This document shows, piece by piece, positions 58,701 through 64,000 of a stretch of 64,000 nucleotides of DNA (its first letter is position 1; each line of letters begins with the position of its first letter). The translations under genes were made by a program, and so were the position numbers. The stretch is from Candidatus Doudnabacteria bacterium (GTDB taxonomy: Bacteria > Patescibacteriota > Doudnabacteria > UBA920): positions 29,210-93,209 of the forward strand of contig PLYC01000013.1 of assembly GCA_003151625.1 (NCBI GenBank), in the 5' to 3' direction. The notes under the pieces were generated by a model. The model was given only the letters and a program-made list of their open reading frames with translations. It was not told the origin of the DNA and made no database searches.

Positions 58701-59582
58701 TCATAAAAAATCAAACAACTTTATTCGCCTGGAAGTATCCACCATCAATTTTACCGGCTTGGATAGCTTAACTGTTTCGCGGGTAGCGTAAATCTCGTCA
58801 ACGAATTTATGCTGGTCTTTAAGTAATAAGGTGTTGGTAGTGGTAATCCTTAAGGTATTTAAAAGCTGTGGCCGGTTAGTATAAATATTTAGCCAAAAAG
58901 ATTGTTCCATTTCGGGACTTTGAAAAATTATTCGTAAAGTCCTATTTTTAATTTGTTCCTGCTTAAGAAAATTCTTGTACCGTTCCACCTTGCGGAGCAT
59001 GGCCAGTTTGCTTTTTTGGGTGCGTTCCAGTTCGCTGTAAACTATTTCCGTTTGGTTTGCGTGGGTATAGAACACTGTATAATCTGGAGTTAAGGCTTCT
59101 ATGGTCTTATCGTCCATAAAGTCCGTTCCTTGGGAGGCTATTTCGCCCTTAAATTTAATGCCTAAATCCATTGTCTGGTTTTTTGCTTCCAAGCTGGCCA
59201 GTTCCACTATTTGCTTTTCATGCTCAAACAGGCCGGAAGAAAACAGGATTTTGGGCGAGGGGTATTTGGCCAGTTGGCTGGGGCTGTAAAGGTTATTCTG
59301 GGCCAAAACTTTTAGGCCTGACCGTGATAGCGTGTAGTATATGGGTATGCCAGCTAAAGAACCGCTAAAGAGCTTAAAGCTGTCTAAATATCCAGCTTGC
59401 CACATCCGACGGAGCTTGAGATAGATATACTTGCTTTGGTCGCGCTGCGACAGGAACCTAGCAATATGCCAACTTGCGGCTATCTTGAATTCAAAGACAA
59501 GGCCCAAAATTTCCAAAGTGGATTGGTTTAATTTTAGGTTATAGATTTTGGTTTCCTTGCGCGGATTTAACTGAATTTCCAT
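58701..59582 (-). CDS. replication-relaxation (Replic_Relax)-like protein
   Basis: N-terminal winged-helix pattern ILGLVFEFKIAASWHIARFL...LKLRRMWQAGYLD...YYTLSRSG typical of the family next to coupling ATPases; from memory. Confidence 0.5.
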   Translation of the reverse strand: MEIQLNPRKETKIYNLKLNQSTLEILGLVFEFKIAASWHIARFLSQRDQSKYIYLKLRRMWQAGYLDSFKLFSGSLAGIPIYYTLSRSGLKVLAQNNLYSPSQLAKYPSPKILFSSGLFEHEKQIVELASLEAKNQTMDLGIKFKGEIASQGTDFMDDKTIEALTPDYTVFYTHANQTEIVYSELERTQKSKLAMLRKVERYKNFLKQEQIKNRTLRIIFQSPEMEQSFWLNIYTNRPQLLNTLRITTTNTLLLKDQHKFVDEIYATRETVKLSKPVKLMVDTSRRIKLFDFL

Positions 59583-59615
59583 ACAGTTTGAATTAAGGGA
59601 ATTTTATTACAAAAA

Positions 59616-62372
59616 TTAAACTGATTCCGACTGGATGTCTCCCCTATCCGGCGCGGCAGCAGTCTTTTTTTTGTTCATGGCTTTGTTAAATTGCTCTTCG
59701 TTGTCGCTTGAGTAATATATGGAGTTTACAGCAGTGCGCTCCCAAACAATATCGTCTTGGGGTGTGCCGTATTTGTCCATAGCCTGGGATATGTAATAGT
59801 CTTCGGTTTCTTTGGCGTTGTCCGTGTGATGTTCGGTTTTTTGGATGTTTATGGACATAGCGTCCTGCGGCACGCCCTTAACCAGGGTTTTAATGTATGC
59901 CGTACCCGTGGGCAGATTAATAATGTCCTCAACCAAAGCCTTGCCGCCTAAAATCTTTTCGGCGATCTCGGCGTCATCTACCGACTGGGTGCGCATAAAG
60001 ATTTTAGTGGCAATGTTGGATTCTATGGATTTTTGTATTCTTTGGTCCAACTGGCCCATAAATTGGTTACTAATAACTAATGCCGTGTTAAAAGCCCTGA
60101 CTTCGGAAAACAGAGTTTCAAAAATATCACTGGCCACCCTTTGGAATTCGTCTACTACAAAAACCGTCGGTTTTCTCTGCTCGCTAGCCAGTCTGGCTTG
60201 GCCAAAGATAGCCTCGGCAATATGAGCGGTTAGGTAGACAGAATAGTACTTTTTCATCTGTTCGCTGGAAGAGCCTAAATTGGCGATAAATATCTTGCCC
60301 GTGTTAATCATGTCCTCAAAAGATATTTTGGCTTCTTTTCGGTCTACAATATTCATAAACTCCGGGTAGTCCAGGAATTTGCCCAGCTTGTTGTTAGTGG
60401 TGGCCAAGTATTTGGCCAAGTCATTATTACTACGCTTTAAAATTGAGGTAGACCAAAAGTTTTGTAAGCGTGGGGGCAAATAGGCTATCAGTCTGCCAAT
60501 TTGCTCGGGCTGGTGAAGGAGCATGTCCAAACCGGACAGTGATTGTTCCGGCAAAATGTAGGCCGTGGCAAATAATTGCCTTAAGATGTTTTCCAGTTCC
60601 GGCCCCCAGGAGTAGGCGGAGTCAATTTGCACAAACCGTTTCATTATGGAGATTAAAAATTCCAGTTTTTCCTCGTCGGTTTTGCTGCCGGAAAACTTGG
60701 AAAAAAACGGAAAAGCCAAAGGCCTGTCTTTTTGCCTTTGGGGATTAAAGTAAATCACATCAGCTTTCCTGCTCTCGGGAATCATAGTTAATAAGTCCGT
60801 GGCAAAGTCGTTTTTGGGGTCGACAATCAACATGGCGGGTTTTTCGCCACCTTGTTTCTGTAAAAGACTGTGGAGAATAGTTTTTAGGGTTTCCGACTTT
60901 CCCGCTCCTGTGCCGCCTAAGATGTAGATGTGCTTTTTCATATCGTCCCAGGTGGCTATGCCGATGGGGGTTTCGTCTTGCATACGGAAGTTAGACTTCC
61001 CCAAGGACAGGAAAAAGTTGTCGGGATATCTTCTGATTTGCTGACTGGCAGGGAGTTTTTTAAAACGGGTAAGGTTAATGGAGGAAACAGTTTCCTCCTG
61101 GGTATTGGGCAAATGCCAAAAGGAGTAAAGCTCGCCGTCCGAAATCATCTGCCCGTAGTTTATGAATTTGGCAAAGGGCCACAGTAAAAATCGTCTTAAG
61201 CGGAGCACCGGCTTGGCGGCAACTATATCTGTCAGCCAGCCATTTTTCTCTAGATTGTCCACCTGTTTCGTAAATAGCAGCCTGTGCTTTAAGGTATTCA
61301 TATTTTTTTGGTTCAGTTCGGCCAGTGTACCCTGGATACTGCGGAGTTTGGCCTTTGACTCCTGGGGGTTGTCTGCTACGGTCCAGTAGGAAACTATTGT
61401 CTGAAACAGCGGGGCTTTCATTTTTTCAATCATGGCGCTGTTCAAGGAATTGGCCAGTTCCGAACCGGCTCCCCACTTTTGGATGGCAAATTTTTTGTCG
61501 CTTTGGTTTACGGCCCCTTGCTGTTCCTGCTCCTCAATGAGATAGTGGATTATTTGGTTAAAATAATGGGAGGAGGGAGAAACCAGGACATTGTAAACCA
61601 TAAATTGGCCTTTCTTCAGGCCTTCCATAACTGAGATAATGGAATCTACGGGGTCGCTGGAAACGTCTTTAAAAGTTTTAACTCTATGGAAAAACTTGCC
61701 TTCTATGGTAGTTTCCCCATAACTTAAAAACCCTTGTGGAAACTCTGTAAGTTCCTCAAGGGCTTTATCTTTGTCCAGCATTGTTATTTCCGCGCTTGGG
61801 TAGGCGTTAAAAATGGCCTTTTCCACGCGCTCAAAGTCCTTGCCCGGCACCTGGAGCCTAAAGGAGATAAAGGGGTGCTGGGCCCAGATTTGCATGCTGA
61901 AAAATATCTGTCTGGAACGCTTAACCTTCCAGATCCGCCACAGCTTTTGGAAGAAGTAGATAAAGCCAAATGTGCTGGAAAAATTATGCGCGCCCTCCAC
62001 CGGGTCAATGTATATGGCGTGGAAGGCTTTAAGGATTTTTTGCTGGATTTGAAAAGCCGTGGCTTGGGAGTTTTTGGGGATGGTAATTTCAAAATACAGG
62101 CTGGTGTCCAGCCATGCTTCCAAATCTTTTTTCTTTAGCTTTATCTTTTCAAAAGAGTGGCGGTTAAAGCCCGGAAGTTTGTCAAAAACGAACATGAAGA
62201 ACAAAATCGTAATGCCTATCCAGCCAGCGATATTTTCCCAAAACGGCATTCGGCTGAAATAGTAAGTCCACATGATTTGGCCCATAGTCATCGGGCCGTG
62301 AGGCGTGGTAAAGACATGTTGAAAGACATCAGTTGTGGCTGGATGAGATACAATATGATGTACTACTGCCAT
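59616..62372 (-). CDS. conjugation/T4SS-type P-loop ATPase (VirD4/TraG/TcpA-like coupling protein or VirB4-like)
   Basis: N-terminal TM helices; Walker A ILGGTGAGKSETLKT; Walker B TVFVVDEFQRV; 918 aa. Confidence 0.6.
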   Translation of the reverse strand: MAVVHHIVSHPATTDVFQHVFTTPHGPMTMGQIMWTYYFSRMPFWENIAGWIGITILFFMFVFDKLPGFNRHSFEKIKLKKKDLEAWLDTSLYFEITIPKNSQATAFQIQQKILKAFHAIYIDPVEGAHNFSSTFGFIYFFQKLWRIWKVKRSRQIFFSMQIWAQHPFISFRLQVPGKDFERVEKAIFNAYPSAEITMLDKDKALEELTEFPQGFLSYGETTIEGKFFHRVKTFKDVSSDPVDSIISVMEGLKKGQFMVYNVLVSPSSHYFNQIIHYLIEEQEQQGAVNQSDKKFAIQKWGAGSELANSLNSAMIEKMKAPLFQTIVSYWTVADNPQESKAKLRSIQGTLAELNQKNMNTLKHRLLFTKQVDNLEKNGWLTDIVAAKPVLRLRRFLLWPFAKFINYGQMISDGELYSFWHLPNTQEETVSSINLTRFKKLPASQQIRRYPDNFFLSLGKSNFRMQDETPIGIATWDDMKKHIYILGGTGAGKSETLKTILHSLLQKQGGEKPAMLIVDPKNDFATDLLTMIPESRKADVIYFNPQRQKDRPLAFPFFSKFSGSKTDEEKLEFLISIMKRFVQIDSAYSWGPELENILRQLFATAYILPEQSLSGLDMLLHQPEQIGRLIAYLPPRLQNFWSTSILKRSNNDLAKYLATTNNKLGKFLDYPEFMNIVDRKEAKISFEDMINTGKIFIANLGSSSEQMKKYYSVYLTAHIAEAIFGQARLASEQRKPTVFVVDEFQRVASDIFETLFSEVRAFNTALVISNQFMGQLDQRIQKSIESNIATKIFMRTQSVDDAEIAEKILGGKALVEDIINLPTGTAYIKTLVKGVPQDAMSINIQKTEHHTDNAKETEDYYISQAMDKYGTPQDDIVWERTAVNSIYYSSDNEEQFNKAMNKKKTAAAPDRGDIQSESV

Positions 62373-62439
62373 AATACAGATTTAATTTTTAATCCACTCC
62401 CCCACCCCGCCGCTTCGCGGCGGGAAACTTTCTTCCACC

Positions 62440-62757
62440 CCCCCCCATTTCCCCATTTGTTTCAGTGTTTTAGGTTAGTTGGTAGTATTTAAGTTAGATT
62501 AGAGTTAGTTAGTATTTAGTTTAAGTATAGATATTAGTAGTTATTGGTTTTTAGTATTATTATTTCTTTGTCGTATAGTGGGAATCGTGGTGATAGTCAG
62601 GGATTATGGGTTAGGACAGAGGCAATGGAATTAGTGACTTTAACAGCTTTACTTGTTGAACCCGGATTCAACTAGCTGTTCAACTAGTTTATGCTCTCAT
62701 TTTAAATCAAAAAATAGCCTTGGGCAAGTTCAGGCTGTGGCCAAGATTGTGGCCAAG
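62440..62757. repeat. right terminal inverted repeat (~300 bp)
   Basis: Reverse complement aligns to 40196-40500 at about 90 percent, including poly-G, TACTAA iterons and the GTTGAA/TTCAAC palindrome. Confidence 0.7.
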
Positions 62758-62988
62758 GTTAACCATTGATGGTAAAATAAGTGCGACCTTCACTATCCAA
62801 GCACTCCACTATACAACTCAAGGGGACTTTCCCCACTTTTGCACGGGCGGCCTTAACGGCCGCCCATTGTTTTTGTGGGGTGAAAACAACTTTTTGATTT
62901 TTTAGGAACAGGTGCGAGCCGAAGATTTTTTGTGCAAAGACTTTTTTGGGGAGACGCAGGGCGCAGGAAAGCCAAAACTTTTTTATAT

Positions 62989-63867
62989 TTATTTTGTAAA
63001 TTTAAAAGTTGAAAGGATTTGCATTAATTGACCCTCGTCCTCAAAAGTGTGATTAATAAATCTAATTTCTCCACAAATCTGAGAACCGGTAGTATTAGTT
63101 GAAAAAGTTACCCATTGTTTTACTAATTTTTTTTGACCCTGATCCATAACCAAAAGATTTTTTTCAATAAAATTGTTCCCATATATCTCAATTGGGTTAT
63201 TTTCTTCGATATATTGAGTAGGTCCAGAAGAGTTAAAAATAGAAGAGCAATTCAAATCTAATGAAATTTTACTGCCGCGGTTATAAGTCGCTATGCCAAA
63301 ATCCAAAAAATCAGGATTTTGTTCAACAAGTGGCCAATCTTGGGGATATTTAAACTCAAATCCATATTTTTTATTTTGATAACTATTCCAGGACGCTGTT
63401 TCTGACTTTGAATAATAAATAATGGGAAAACCTAAGCCAAGGGGAGACCTACTACTGATTATTAAGCCATCAGAAGTTTCCGCCTCGGCCCAAAAACTTT
63501 CGGAAGTTAAATTAGAGGGTATCGGAAATAACCACGTATCATCTTGAGTAGAGAGTCTTGAGGCGTTTCCAACAAAAATATCATCTGGAATTTCTCCTCG
63601 CCCAGTGTCAGCAGGCCAACGATAAATTTTAACCCACTTCAAATTTTTACCTACAACTTTTGCAGCCGCACCATCCTCGTAAGCAATCCAATCGCCATTT
63701 GCTCTCCATGACGGTTCAATACTTAAAGATAATGAAGCTACAGTTCGCTGTGCATGGTGGATTGTAATAGGGCCTAAATCCAAAACAGGCTGTTTGATGT
63801 AATAAACAGCCACTGTGATTATTGCCAAGGATCCTACAATCATTAAAGTCCAATTTTTTGGTTTCAT
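62989..63867 (-). CDS. membrane-anchored hypothetical protein
   Basis: 292-aa ORF with N-terminal TM. Confidence 0.5.
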   Translation of the reverse strand: MKPKNWTLMIVGSLAIITVAVYYIKQPVLDLGPITIHHAQRTVASLSLSIEPSWRANGDWIAYEDGAAAKVVGKNLKWVKIYRWPADTGRGEIPDDIFVGNASRLSTQDDTWLFPIPSNLTSESFWAEAETSDGLIISSRSPLGLGFPIIYYSKSETASWNSYQNKKYGFEFKYPQDWPLVEQNPDFLDFGIATYNRGSKISLDLNCSSIFNSSGPTQYIEENNPIEIYGNNFIEKNLLVMDQGQKKLVKQWVTFSTNTTGSQICGEIRFINHTFEDEGQLMQILSTFKFTK

Positions 63868-64000
63868 AAAATTTTTTTATTTTTTGCTCATTTTAACAAA
63901 TCTTCAATTAACACATCTAGCACTTTGGCTATTTTGGCGACCATCTGAACGCCCGGTTTTTTTACAAAGTCACCCTCAATTTTAGTAAGAGTGGAATATG

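Larger units (their letters stand above)
40196..62757. mobile_element. ~22.6-kb TIR-bounded putative mobile/plasmid-like element
   Basis: Flanked by ~300-bp imperfect inverted repeats; encodes LexA-like repressor, coupling-type ATPase, Replic_Relax-like protein, RadC-like protein and a restriction/modification-like module; no integrase or transposase recognised. Confidence 0.5.

Noticed and set aside
1-64000. CRISPR arrays or rRNA genes
   Set aside because: No regularly spaced direct repeats with unique spacers and no rRNA-like conserved segments were seen; the only tandem repeat (24426-24463) is a 19-nt duplication of a regulatory motif.

Overview
The window is an AT-rich bacterial locus with compact, mostly short genes and many GC-rich inserts, consistent with a small-genome lineage (lineage not determined). 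Other genes are intact under the standard genetic code, so TGA recoding is unlikely. It divides into three zones. (1) Positions 1 to about 23.2 kb are a mostly core, minus-strand region. It holds adenosylhomocysteinase, a beta-carbonic-anhydrase-like gene, tRNA-Tyr next to a GIY-YIG nuclease, and a P1B-type ATPase. It also holds a MacAB-like ABC efflux operon, an ECF sigma factor with an anti-sigma gene, EngB, TfoX, TspO, a VIT-family transporter and an Smr protein. Two paralogous ArsR regulators with shared palindromic operators flank a GC-rich hydrolase. (2) Positions about 23.3 to 40.1 kb form an accessory island of small hypothetical genes, several of them degraded: a frameshifted DUF2075-S24 fusion with a MazG-like partner, a DUF3800 gene with an in-frame TGA, and a truncated paralog. 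The island also has a RelE/Phd toxin-antitoxin pair, RadC, a candidate sRNA with a consensus promoter and terminator, and several families of repeated hairpin or palindrome motifs. Three copies of a ~110-bp structured element each abut the stop codon of a minus-strand gene. (3) Positions about 40.2 to 62.8 kb are a ~22.6-kb segment bounded by ~300-bp imperfect terminal inverted repeats. It carries a tightly coupled operon for a PLD-nuclease/SNF2-helicase fusion, a 1168-aa Eco57I/PglX-like N6-adenine methyltransferase and a 433-aa unknown protein. It also carries a LexA-like repressor divergent from a small HTH gene, an MBL-fold hydrolase, a RadC-like JAB protein, GC-rich cargo genes, a Replic_Relax-like protein and a 918-aa coupling-type P-loop ATPase. 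No integrase or transposase was recognised. No rRNA or CRISPR was found.
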